A DNA stretch of 63,970 bases, filler included, from an uncultured Gemmatimonadota bacterium (GTDB lineage Bacteria > Blakebacterota > Blakebacteria > Blakebacterales > Blakebacteraceae), in assembly GCA_964576115.1 (NCBI GenBank). It is 3 parts of 3 records of this genome, joined end to end, with 100 filler letters (N's around TTAATTAATTAA, not from the genome) between each part and the next. Parts side by side here need not be neighbours in the genome. Positions count along the whole stretch, not along the records: positions 1 to 30,389 come from CAZNUA010000041.1; 2 more parts are not named here. The stretch is one strand, 5' to 3'. The stretch's first letter is position 1. Each line of letters starts with the position of its first letter. Position numbers and translations under genes: made by a program. Below the pieces are notes generated by a model. It had not been told where the DNA came from. It worked only from the letters and a program-made list of their open reading frames with translations, and ran no database searches. Shown in pieces: positions 8,133 to 17,136 of this stretch.

Positions 8133-9974
8133 TCAGGCCGAGTGAGCGACCTGTTTCAGAGCTCGTTTGCGATCCTCGATGGCCAGGTGGCGCTTGCGGA
8201 GCCGCACTGCGGTCGGGGTGACCTCCATCAGCTCATCCTCCGCGGTGAATTCCAGCCCCGTCTCCAGGGTGAGTTCCCGCGGCGGTTCCAGCCGGATGGC
8301 TTCGTCACTGGCATGAGTGCGCATGTTGCTGAGCTTCTTTTCCTTCAGAACGTTCACGTTCAGGTCACCCGACCGCACGTGTTCGCCCACGATCATGCCT
8401 TCATAGACTGCCTCACCCGGGCTGATGAAGAGCGTTGAACGTTCCTGAAGATTGTTCAGCGCATAGCCCACAGCGGCTCCACCCCGGTCGGCGACCAGCA
8501 CCCCGTTTCGACGTCCCTGGAGGGGACCGGCCCACAGGCCGTATTCGAGGAAACGGTGGTGCATGATGCCCTCACCCCGGGTATCGGTAAGAAATTCCGA
8601 GCGATAGCCGAAGAGCCCGCGAGAGGGAATCCTGAAACGCATGCGTAGGGTTCCGCGGCCGGTGGCCCGCATGTCCAGCAGATCCGCTTTGCGCGAACCC
8701 AGCCCCTCCATGATTACGCCCATCATCGTCTCCGGGACCTCGATCATCAGTTCTTCCCACGGTTCAAGACGACGGGCCGCATCGTCACGCTTTTCAACCA
8801 CCCGGGGGCGGCCCACCTGGAACTCATAGCCTTCCCGGCGCATTGTCTCCATCAGGATCGCCAGGTGCAGCTCTCCCCGACCCGACACCGCAAACACGTC
8901 GGGCAGCGCCGTCTCTTCCACGCGCAGAGCCACATTGCGCTGCAGTTCCCGGAACAGCCGTTCCCGGAGCTGGCGGGAGGTGACGTATCTGCCCGTCTGG
9001 CCGGCCAGCGGGGAGTTGTTGGCCGAGAAGTCCACCGAGATAGTCGGTTCCTCTACCGCGATACCTTTCAGGCGGTCCGCTCGATCGGGATCGGCCAGTG
9101 TCTTGCCGATCTCGATTCCCTCCACCCCGGCCAGCGCGATGATGTCACCGGCTTCGGCCTCCTGGATGGGAATCCGTTCCAGGTCCCTGAACCCGTAGAG
9201 CTGGACAACCCGCGCCGAACTGCCTTCATCGTCATCCACCGGCCCGGGTTCTCCCAGAGGGAGGACACGCACTGTCTGCCCGACCCGGATGCGGCCCCGT
9301 TCGATCCGGCCGATGGCGATACGACCGACGTAGGAACTGAAGTCCACCGTCGAGACGAGCATCTGGAAGGGAAGTGCGGGATCTCCGGTGGGAGCCGGGA
9401 CGTGAGAAATGATCGTCTCGAAGAGAGGGGTGAGGTCCGAACCCCGTGCTTCCGGGCCGTCCGTTGCCCAGCCTTCTCGACCGGAAGCGTACAGAAAGGG
9501 GCAGTAAAGCTGCGATTCGGACGCATCCAGTTCCAGGAAGAGCTCAAGGATCTCATCGTGAACCTCGACCGGACGGGCGTCACGGCGATCCACTTTGTTG
9601 ATCACCACTATCGGCGTGAGGCCCAGACCCAGGGCTTTGCGCATGACGAACCTGGTCTGGGGCATCGGGCCTTCGGCCGCATCCACCAGCAGGAGCACAC
9701 CATCCACCATCCGGAGGATGCGTTCCACCTCGCCACCGAAGTCGGCATGGCCGGGCGTATCCACCAGATTGATCTTCGTCCCGTGCCACCAGATAGCGGT
9801 GTTCTTCGAAAGGATGGTGATCCCCCGCTCCCGTTCCAGGGGATTGGAATCCATGATCCGCTCCTGGACCTGCTGTCCGGCACGGAAAACGCCCGCCTGA
9901 CGGAGCATATGATCCACCAACGTGGTCTTGCCGTGGTCCACGTGGGCGATAATGGCGATGTTTCGAATAGACAC
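8133..9974 (-). CDS. typA: Translational GTPase TypA/BipA
   Basis: IRNIAIIAHVDHGKTTLVD, ERERGITIL, DTPGHADFGGEVER, GRGELHL, C-terminal RLRK; likely GTG start at 9974. Confidence 0.97.
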   Translation of the reverse strand: MSIRNIAIIAHVDHGKTTLVDHMLRQAGVFRAGQQVQERIMDSNPLERERGITILSKNTAIWWHGTKINLVDTPGHADFGGEVERILRMVDGVLLLVDAAEGPMPQTRFVMRKALGLGLTPIVVINKVDRRDARPVEVHDEILELFLELDASESQLYCPFLYASGREGWATDGPEARGSDLTPLFETIISHVPAPTGDPALPFQMLVSTVDFSSYVGRIAIGRIERGRIRVGQTVRVLPLGEPGPVDDDEGSSARVVQLYGFRDLERIPIQEAEAGDIIALAGVEGIEIGKTLADPDRADRLKGIAVEEPTISVDFSANNSPLAGQTGRYVTSRQLRERLFRELQRNVALRVEETALPDVFAVSGRGELHLAILMETMRREGYEFQVGRPRVVEKRDDAARRLEPWEELMIEVPETMMGVIMEGLGSRKADLLDMRATGRGTLRMRFRIPSRGLFGYRSEFLTDTRGEGIMHHRFLEYGLWAGPLQGRRNGVLVADRGGAAVGYALNNLQERSTLFISPGEAVYEGMIVGEHVRSGDLNVNVLKEKKLSNMRTHASDEAIRLEPPRELTLETGLEFTAEDELMEVTPTAVRLRKRHLAIEDRKRALKQVAHSA

Positions 9975-10349
9975 AGTCCAGCACCTGCCTGGGGCGCGAT
10001 GGAGCGCACGTTCTGGATCGGGATGATCAGATTCGCTCAGCGGGCAGCACAATATATGCCTTCAAGTTGCCCGGCGCACGCATTCCTGTGATCGAATCAG
10101 AGGTCTTTTCCCCAAGAATATGCGTTCAGGAACCGCTCTCGATCGCGCGGGGAAACAGCCGCGTGGACCGCGAACATGGTGCCCGCGACGCCTGCGAGCA
10201 CATCGCGCGGTCCGATGTCAGGTCTCGAGATATGGCCTGTGATGCCGTGAAGGGAATATAGACCTCTTCCCATGTCCCGGAGAACACCCAGCTGAGGCTG
10301 GGATTGATCCTCGTAAGCTGCCAGGAAAGTGTCCCCGTGATCCTGGCGA

Positions 10350-11222
10350 TCACGGTTTCCAATCGGGTGAATATCTCTCACTGGAGCTATGGGTCAATTT
10401 TCTTTGATTACTCCCATCCACATTCATCGCATAAATATCGGAATGTCCGCTCCTGCTTGAACAAAAGATGATCTGGCTGCCATCCAGTGCCCAGGTGGGC
10501 GAGTAATCAGGGGCGGGATCATCGGTCAATCTCGTCTGATTGCCTCCATCCGCATCCATGATATAGATCTCTCCGTTTCCATCCCGTTCTGAGACAAATA
10601 CAATCCGGGTGCCATCCGGCGACCACGCGGGTAACCAATCAACAGCGGCATTGCTGGTCAGGTTTACCGGATTGCTCCCATCTGCATCCATCACGTACAC
10701 GTCCTTGTCCCCATCTCTGTCTGTGGTGAAAGCAATCCGGTTGCCATCCGGCGACCAGGTGGGGTACGCATCGGCGGCGGGATCATCGGTGAGTCGCTCC
10801 TGCTCACTACCGTCTGCATTCATGACATAGATCTCGGCGTTCCCATCTCGCTTGGAATAGAAGACGATCCGGCCTCCGTCCGGCGACCATTCGGGAGATG
10901 CGTCATCCCCCAGCTGGTCGGTAAGTCGCACCTGCTCACTCCCGTCCGCATTCATGACATAAATCTCGGTGTTTCCACCCTGGTATGCTTCCCAGGCGAT
11001 TTTGCTTCCGTCTGGAGACCAGTCCGGATTCATGTCGTCCTGCGAGCGCTGTGTCAGATTTGTCTCATCTCTGCCATTGAAGGACATCGAATAAATCTCC
11101 AGGTTCCCCCCTCTGACGGTATCGAACGCAATCCGTCCGTTTTCGGGTTGAGTCTCGTCAACCTGGGTTGCACATGCTGTCAGCACGATGAAGAGGGTGA
11201 TTGGCACTGTTCTACATTTCAT
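10350..11222 (-). CDS. TolB-like PD40-repeat beta-propeller lipoprotein
   Basis: Lipobox LTAC; repeated EIYVMNADGS...RLTD...PxWSPDG units. Confidence 0.92.
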   Translation of the reverse strand: MKCRTVPITLFIVLTACATQVDETQPENGRIAFDTVRGGNLEIYSMSFNGRDETNLTQRSQDDMNPDWSPDGSKIAWEAYQGGNTEIYVMNADGSEQVRLTDQLGDDASPEWSPDGGRIVFYSKRDGNAEIYVMNADGSEQERLTDDPAADAYPTWSPDGNRIAFTTDRDGDKDVYVMDADGSNPVNLTSNAAVDWLPAWSPDGTRIVFVSERDGNGEIYIMDADGGNQTRLTDDPAPDYSPTWALDGSQIIFCSSRSGHSDIYAMNVDGSNQRKLTHSSSERYSPDWKP

Positions 11223-11376
11223 TGGTTCATTCTCCCTGGATTACTGAATCCAGCTTTTCACGAAACGCGTCACACTCGCCAGGTACGGTGGTTGCCAGGG
11301 GGTGGTGCACCGGCTCACGTTCTTCGGGTTGATCTGCTTCTGGGAGGCTGTGGTACAGGCAGCAGAACTGATTTTC

Positions 11377-11424
11377 ACAGATCGATATCGAACCCGTCTA
11401 TCGTGTCGGGCCGGGTGCCGCCTC
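11377..11424 (+). repeat. Dispersed ~35-50 bp motif, copy 2 of 4
   Basis: Core GAACCCGTCTATCGTGTCGGGCCGGGTGCCGCCTC at 11390-11424. Confidence 0.85.
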
Positions 11425-11437
11425 CCTGCCCGGGGAT

Positions 11438-12703
11438 TCAGAAACCAGTCCCTGCCAGGAGTTCGGTCACGTTCAACGTTATGAAGGTGCATGCCGGGGC
11501 AGGCACATCGACGGAAAAGGCAAAGTGCATGAGGAGTTCATCGGGTTCGAACACGACCCGGTGGTGCGTGCTGTTGCCCAGTGCGATACTGTCGAGGAGC
11601 GCCCAGACCATCTCCGACGTGAGGTGGTTCGCCCCCCCGCTCGCCGCGATGCTCTCCAGCTGTCCCTCGAGCAGGGAGTACCGCCAGCACTCAGTGGGAA
11701 GAACGCGCTCCCGGCAGTGATTCGTACAGATCTGGAATGACTCGATACCGTCGGGTTCGCGTACCGACACCCCTCCCGTGACGGAGAGATCTCCGTCATA
11801 TTCGAATACGACCGAACCGGTGTTTCCCGCACTACTGGGGAATGTGAGCATCATGTTCTGGGGAGTGGTGGTCATCCTCGCCCGAAAGACCGCTTCAACA
11901 TCCTCCTGCGCCGTTCCGGCGTGAGCAGATTCGATCGCCTCGCGGTAAATCAGGAGTCTGGGACTGAACCCGGTGGTTGCAGTCGGCGAATGACCATTCG
12001 TGTCGTGGGTGCTGAGGGTCACGCCTTCGGCATTCATAGCCGTGTAACAACCAATGATCCCGGGCCAGTTGATCGAGACGTACCCCATTCTCCCGCTTCC
12101 TGTAGCGGGCACGCTGACCACGATGATCTGCTTCTCGAACACACCCGGGATCTCCGGCCAGTCGAAGTTCCTGCCTGCAATCGTAGCACCATCCGAGGTC
12201 ATGGAATCCCAGGCAGCAAAGGTTGTGCAGCCGATACTGAAGAAATCCGGCCCGATATTGATTGCTGCCAGATCATCGTACGTCAGATTCCGTCCGAGCG
12301 AGGGTATGTAGGCATGGGCGCCCACGGTACCGGCTTCGACCCCCGCCAGCATTCCTTCCAGTTCTTCCACAAACCTCTGTTCCAACTGGAAGGCACCCGT
12401 CGCGGGGATCAACTCATTCTCCCATGCATCGGCATCGAGTCCCCCCATGGCACTCTCGATGAAATCATCCAGCATTGTGGCGATATCCTCTCCGATCAAA
12501 TAGCCATGGGCGTATCCCTGTTCCCGGGGAGTACCCCAGAGCCTGAGGACCGGTATCCCCTCGATCACGCTCAGGGTGCCATTGACTTCCTCTGTTCCAT
12601 TGGGGCCGGTTGAGGGGTCCTTTCCACAGCTCATGGATATGATTGAAATCGTAAGGATGACCAAGAGGGAGCGGACGCGGGATACGAGGGTGTTCGCTTT
12701 CAT
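11438..12703 (-). CDS. C45-family Ntn-hydrolase lipoprotein (acyl-CoA:6-APA acyltransferase-like)
   Basis: Lipobox-like SMSC, LWGTPREQGYAHG, autocleavage G/CTTFAAW, GRNFDW, GMN-like TAMNAEGV; start chosen at MKANT. Confidence 0.85.
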   Translation of the reverse strand: MKANTLVSRVRSLLVILTISIISMSCGKDPSTGPNGTEEVNGTLSVIEGIPVLRLWGTPREQGYAHGYLIGEDIATMLDDFIESAMGGLDADAWENELIPATGAFQLEQRFVEELEGMLAGVEAGTVGAHAYIPSLGRNLTYDDLAAINIGPDFFSIGCTTFAAWDSMTSDGATIAGRNFDWPEIPGVFEKQIIVVSVPATGSGRMGYVSINWPGIIGCYTAMNAEGVTLSTHDTNGHSPTATTGFSPRLLIYREAIESAHAGTAQEDVEAVFRARMTTTPQNMMLTFPSSAGNTGSVVFEYDGDLSVTGGVSVREPDGIESFQICTNHCRERVLPTECWRYSLLEGQLESIAASGGANHLTSEMVWALLDSIALGNSTHHRVVFEPDELLMHFAFSVDVPAPACTFITLNVTELLAGTGF

Positions 12704-12949
12704 TGAATTATTCCTTGAAATCGGTGTTTGAGAGTTTCTTTCACTATCCCTCATTACCGGTGCTCAGCTTTCCTCCCCCATGCCGAGCCTCCGTTGCTGT
12801 TCTCAGCTGGCAGGTCACGCCTACCTATGTTGAATTACGACATATGTAGCGTCACATAGAATAGAACTACGAAATTTGATCGGGTATTGTTTCGAGGTAA
12901 TCCCTATGATCCCGGCGGCCAGCAAAAAAACTGTTCAACGCTGTCTACC

Positions 12950-12986
12950 GAACCCGTCTATCGTGCCGGGCCGGGTACCGCTTCAA
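12950..12986 (+). repeat. Dispersed ~35-50 bp motif, copy 3 of 4
   Basis: GAACCCGTCTATCGTGCCGGGCCGGGTACCGCTTCAA; 32/35 identical to copy 2, with weaker similarity continuing about 30 bp to the left. Confidence 0.85.
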
Positions 12987-13087
12987 ACCTTGTCCGCCCC
13001 AACCAGAGCTATCGCGTCACAGCAGATTACTTTTCGAGTCAGATTTCGTGGTGGCCCGCCACCCGAGATAGGTGGCGCTTGTGATGA

Positions 13088-13320
13088 CTACTCAGGAGAA
13101 TCAGGTACAGGGATCCAGCAACGGGAAAGGGGCTCACCTACCTGACCAATAACTTCGACCTCCCCGCCCTCACCGTGGCCGATCTTCATCGTTGTCGCTG
13201 GCAGGTAGAACTCTTTTTCAAAGTGGATAAAGCAGCATCTGCGGATCAAGTCATTCTTCAGCACATCCATGAATGTGGTGAAGACCCGGATCTGGATCGC
13301 GATCTGTGTCTATGTGCTCC
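13088..13320 (+). mobile_element. IS4-family DDE transposase fragment, frameshifted
   Basis: LRRIRYRDPATGKGLTYLTNNFDLPALTVADLHRCRWQVELFF / KWIKQHLRIKSFFSTSMNVVKTRIWIAICVYVL, with a +1 frameshift at about 13220; no N-terminus. Confidence 0.9.
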
Positions 13321-13445
13321 CGAACAGTAGTGGTGTTATAGCAAAACATGACCCCATTGACCCCGCGCGTGATGAGGTGCTCCAGGCTCTTGATCAGAAA
13401 ACGTCAAAAAAAGCCCTGACCCTGCGCCCCTGTCTCACCGACAGC

Positions 13446-13667
13446 CTAGGGAAGAGCCCCAATGAACTCAGCCACGAGATCCATTATGGCTTTCTCCTTC
13501 AGCCAGGCATCTTCTCAGAACTGCTGAAACAGGATATCTGCCGTTGTAACGATCACAAGATCGAGATCCTGGACCACGAAAACGAGATTCCCTCCGTGTC
13601 CCCACGCGAAATCGGACCGATACTTCCCTGTCTGTGCCGACCACCAGAAGAACCCGTAGCCAACGTT
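13446..13667 (-). pseudogene. C-terminal remnant of a beta-lactamase-family serine hydrolase
   Basis: NVGYGFFWW...FAWGHGGNLVFVVQDLDLVIVTT...; internal TGA at 13515-13517; 5' part missing. Confidence 0.8.
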
Positions 13668-13757
13668 ACACTGAACACACGATGTCCGGAGCTTTTGACA
13701 AACCGAAGGCGCAATACGCGGCGTATGCCCGCAGCATCTTTTGAACAGACTGCTGCA

Positions 13758-13794
13758 GAACCCGTCTATGGCGGGGGGCCGGGTGCCGCTTCAA
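13758..13794 (+). repeat. Dispersed ~35-50 bp motif, copy 4 of 4
   Basis: GAACCCGTCTATGGCGGGGGGCCGGGTGCCGCTTCAA; 30/35 identical to copy 2. Confidence 0.85.
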
Positions 13795-13857
13795 GTCGCA
13801 GATACGGCAGACCACCTGACGCTGCCGCACATCGGGGATATGCGTGAGGGGGGCTCG

Positions 13858-14808
13858 CTACTGATCGGGATTGAGTGCTTCAACCGCGCTGACGTCTACC
13901 CAATAAGGAGTGAAGCCCTCATCGTCTTCCTTCCAGGTGATGAAGAAGAAGTAGTTCCCGTCAGGCGAAATGCACGGCAGGGTATCCGCGACGTTCGAGT
14001 TTATCGCGCTGCCCAGATTCTGCGGCTCGCTCCACGTGCCTCCCGGCTCGTGAAAACTGACATAGAGATCATTGCTCCCGAACCCGCCAGGGCGATTGGA
14101 GGCAAAGATGAGATAGGACTCGTCAGGATCGATGAAGGGAGCATAATCCTCATAGTCGGTTGTATTGATCGGTGCACCAAGACTCTCGGGTGAGCTGTAT
14201 TCGCCGTCAACGAGCCGGGACACATACAGGTCGTCATTCTGTCCGTTGCTTATCTCGAAATAGATGCTCTCATCCCTCGTGACCGAGAATTGATTCCCTA
14301 CACCTGCAAGACCGGGGATACTCACAACCACAGGATCCGACCAGCTGCCCCCGTCCTTCGTGACGACAAAGAACGATCCTCCCCGCCGGTGCGACAGAAA
14401 GAAAAGCTTCGTGCCGTCCACAGAGAACGCGGCGTGGCAATCGACACCATCTTCACTGCCGAACGGAAGCTCTTCGGGAGACGTCCACCGGTCATCACCC
14501 ACCCTCTCCATGCTGTAGAGGCGCTTCTGGTGAGTGTCTGCAATGATATACTTCGTGAAGACCATATCATTGCCGTCCGGCGAGAATTTGGGTGGGCTGA
14601 TCCACCACCACGTACTATCGGGCGACAGGATTTGCGGGGCAAAACGCACCGGGGTTGCGCCGGGGGGCTGTTGGCCCAGGTAGTCACCCGTCAGATCTGT
14701 TATCTCAGGACCCTCTTCCGGGTCCGTACCATTGTCGCTGCAGCCCATCCCGAGCGTTGACATCAAAACCAGGGCTGCGATCGTTCTCAATCCACAGCGC
14801 ATTCTCAT
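13858..14808 (-). CDS. PD40-repeat beta-propeller lipoprotein
   Basis: Lipobox GMGC; YLGQQPPG, PxFSPDG, LGAPINT, FASNRPGGFGSNDLYVS, PCISPDGNYFFF. Confidence 0.88.
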   Translation of the reverse strand: MRMRCGLRTIAALVLMSTLGMGCSDNGTDPEEGPEITDLTGDYLGQQPPGATPVRFAPQILSPDSTWWWISPPKFSPDGNDMVFTKYIIADTHQKRLYSMERVGDDRWTSPEELPFGSEDGVDCHAAFSVDGTKLFFLSHRRGGSFFVVTKDGGSWSDPVVVSIPGLAGVGNQFSVTRDESIYFEISNGQNDDLYVSRLVDGEYSSPESLGAPINTTDYEDYAPFIDPDESYLIFASNRPGGFGSNDLYVSFHEPGGTWSEPQNLGSAINSNVADTLPCISPDGNYFFFITWKEDDEGFTPYWVDVSAVEALNPDQ

Positions 14809-15106
14809 GACAGATGACTCATGCCCTTTCGACAACTCCTGACGAGAGCGACTCAACCCGACGGGGATTGAATCCCAAGACCATGTACTTCAAGTATTAT
14901 TTAATGAAACCTGTTTCAATGATACGTGTCCCCGCCGGGTTTGTTGCCACCGGATTCGCTCATCTGGATGGAGAGAGGCGAGAAGGATACAGTACTGCAT
15001 CATGTCGTCACTACGCGACGAACCCCATAAGCGATAGGGCACGTATCACATGGAACTAGTGTAAGCACTTTCACGATTGTACTCACATTTTTCGGAGACA
15101 CCTGCA

Positions 15107-15901
15107 ATGACAATCTGGCTTCTGGCGCTATCCTGTCTTCTGGGATGCAATCTCGACTGCAACAATGGTCCCTCTCCCGGAGCCGTTGATACAGCAGTGG
15201 AAGTCATTGCAGAGTGCCTGAAAGCAGACGAAGGCACCGATCATCACCCCGATCATGTCATGACCCCTCAAGAACCGTCGGCGCAAGACATCGTCGCCCG
15301 GTGTACCCGGGCCATGGGCGGATCGGAGGCCCTCGAGAACCTGAGAACGCTCCGACTCAGAGAGACCCGGCCGGCGGGACGGCCGGACATCGTCTGCGAG
15401 ATCATCCGCCCCAACCGGTTGAGAAAAGAAGTCGTGGGAACTCTTCACGTCCTCTTCGACGGCCACCAGGCCTGGTTTCTCGCCTACCCGTCTCAGACGG
15501 ACAGCGCCTATACCTATCAGCATCCGCTTCCCGAGTCCGACTGGCACCATTTCGAGATGGACCTTGCTCAGTACTTTCCTGTCTTTTTCGATTTCGGCGC
15601 CGAGTACACCGGCCAGGTACAGGTGGACGAAGCACCGGCGCATGTTCTGCGGGTTGAGCTGCCCCTGGGGGGCGTGGTGGTCTACGCCATAGATGCCGCG
15701 ACATGGCTTCCCCGGTGGGTGGAATATCCGGACTGGGGTCTGCGACTGCGACTCGAGGACTATCGTGAGGTCGGAGGTTTTCTTTTCCCCCACAGGTTCC
15801 GGAACGAACAGGAACCCGACCATGTATCGGTTCTCACAGAACTGGCCGTGAATGTCGAATTCGACCCGGGGGCGTTCGAACTACCCCCCGGCACTCGCTG
15901 A
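15107..15901 (+). CDS. Hypothetical exported protein/lipoprotein (LolA-like or outer-membrane sorting-like fold suggested)
   Basis: LLGC lipobox-like start; AMGGSEAL, DYREVGGFLFPH, VNVEFDPGAFELP pattern; start uncertain. Confidence 0.65.
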   Translation: MTIWLLALSCLLGCNLDCNNGPSPGAVDTAVEVIAECLKADEGTDHHPDHVMTPQEPSAQDIVARCTRAMGGSEALENLRTLRLRETRPAGRPDIVCEIIRPNRLRKEVVGTLHVLFDGHQAWFLAYPSQTDSAYTYQHPLPESDWHHFEMDLAQYFPVFFDFGAEYTGQVQVDEAPAHVLRVELPLGGVVVYAIDAATWLPRWVEYPDWGLRLRLEDYREVGGFLFPHRFRNEQEPDHVSVLTELAVNVEFDPGAFELPPGTR

Positions 15902-15973
15902 CGCCAGCCTGCTGAACGATTATCGGGTACCCGCACCGTCCCGTCGACGGTCGCGGTTATCCTTGCTTTTGTA

Positions 15974-16015
15974 TTGACCCGAACAGTGTTCGGTATTATC
16001 CTGAACACCGTTCGG
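15974..16015 (+). promoter_or_regulatory. Sigma70-type promoter with two TetR operator palindromes
   Basis: TTGACC-N17-TATCCT overlapping CCGAACAGTGTTCGG (15979-15993) and CTGAACACCGTTCGG (16001-16015), directly before the tetR start. Confidence 0.75.
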
Positions 16016-16019
16016 AGAA

Positions 16020-16721
16020 ATGCCCATGAATCGATCCAGAAAGAAATCGCCCGGCATCCGCGCTCAGCGTCGTGCCGACAAGCAGGCTCGCATCATGGCT
16101 GCCGCCCGCGCACTGTTACGCGACCAGGGCCATGAGCGATTCTCCCTGCGCCAGGTCGCACAGCACGCCCGCATGAGTCCGGCCGGGATGTACGAGTTCT
16201 TCGATAACCGGGAACACCTGCTCGACACTCTGGCCGCCGAGGCCAACGAGGCACTCGTCGCTACACTCCGTGCCGCCATGGCCGACGCGCCGGATCCAGC
16301 CGAGCGCATGGTCAGGCTGGGGCTTGCCTATATCGACTTCGCCCGGGAGCATCCCCGGGACTTCATGCTGCTCTTCGGTCGACTCTCAGCGCGTCGCTCG
16401 CTGGCCGAAGAGGTTCCCGAGAACACCGAGTATACGGTCATCCGTGACGCCGTCGCGGATGTCGTGGGCGCGGGGAAGTCCGATGGGCATAGTCAGCAGT
16501 ATCACGAGTTGCTCGCCTACGGTTTCTGGTCGTCGATCCACGGGATGGCCGTGCTGCAGATTACGCATCTGGCCGACTTCGGCGCAGACTTCCCTGCCGC
16601 GCACCGCCTGCTACTGACCGGTATGGCCCAGTCATGGCAGCAAGCTGACTGGACGAAGGTCGCGGGTTTACCCGATGACAATGGAGACACCGATAATGGA
16701 ATTCATCAACCGGGTTCGTGA
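16020..16721 (+). CDS. TetR/AcrR regulator with WHG-type C-terminal domain
   Basis: FSLRQVAQHARMSPAGMYEFF HTH; GLAYIDFAREHP; WSSIHG. Confidence 0.93.
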   Translation: MPMNRSRKKSPGIRAQRRADKQARIMAAARALLRDQGHERFSLRQVAQHARMSPAGMYEFFDNREHLLDTLAAEANEALVATLRAAMADAPDPAERMVRLGLAYIDFAREHPRDFMLLFGRLSARRSLAEEVPENTEYTVIRDAVADVVGAGKSDGHSQQYHELLAYGFWSSIHGMAVLQITHLADFGADFPAAHRLLLTGMAQSWQQADWTKVAGLPDDNGDTDNGIHQPGS

Positions 16722-17127
16722 AAAGATCGCTCACCCGCGGGTGGCCATCTACCTGAAGGTCGTGGCGGTTATCATGATTCTGGGAGCCCTCTCTCACCTC
16801 GGGAGCATCCTGAACCTGCTCGGGCGACCCGCCTGGGGAACCCAGCCCCTTTCTATCCGGGTTCTCGACGTGGTCTATCTGCTCGTCAATCTGGTACTGG
16901 CCTGGGGACTCTGGCACACGAGGTTCTGGGCGGTGGTCGGGTGGGTGGCTGCGTTCGTACTCCTGCAATGCGTCCCGTTTCTGCTCTTCACCGATCTGTT
17001 CGCGACGAGTGTCCGCGAGCGGTCGATGCTCTACGGCACGCTGGCAAGCCATGCTGTGATCCTGGGCGTTTTCCTGCTGCTTCTGCCACGCCGGAAGGCC
17101 GTGGCCGACCTCACCGCCGGCACGTGA
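16696..17127 (+). CDS. Small integral membrane protein (about 4 TM), unknown function
   Basis: Four hydrophobic stretches; overlaps the tetR 3' end, so probably co-transcribed. Confidence 0.7.
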   Translation: MEFINRVREKIAHPRVAIYLKVVAVIMILGALSHLGSILNLLGRPAWGTQPLSIRVLDVVYLLVNLVLAWGLWHTRFWAVVGWVAAFVLLQCVPFLLFTDLFATSVRERSMLYGTLASHAVILGVFLLLLPRRKAVADLTAGT

Positions 17128-17136
17128 TCCCGGAGA

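Noticed and set aside
10080-10349. Possible gene remnant upstream of typA (ORFs 10097-10381, 10126-10362)
   Set aside because: It looks coding-like but I could not assign any frame to a family.
13515-13517. In-frame TGA as selenocysteine or recoding
   Set aside because: It lies in a 5'-truncated remnant at a non-catalytic position, and TGA is used as a normal stop throughout the window.
11377-13794. Integron attC or CRISPR-repeat reading of the dispersed motif
   Set aside because: It has no RYYYAAC...GTTRRRY ends or long imperfect palindrome, there is no intI in the window, and spacing is 0.8-8 kb.
13269-13847. 192-aa ORF as a real gene
   Set aside because: It reads through an IS4 fragment, the antisense strand of a hydrolase remnant and motif copy 4.
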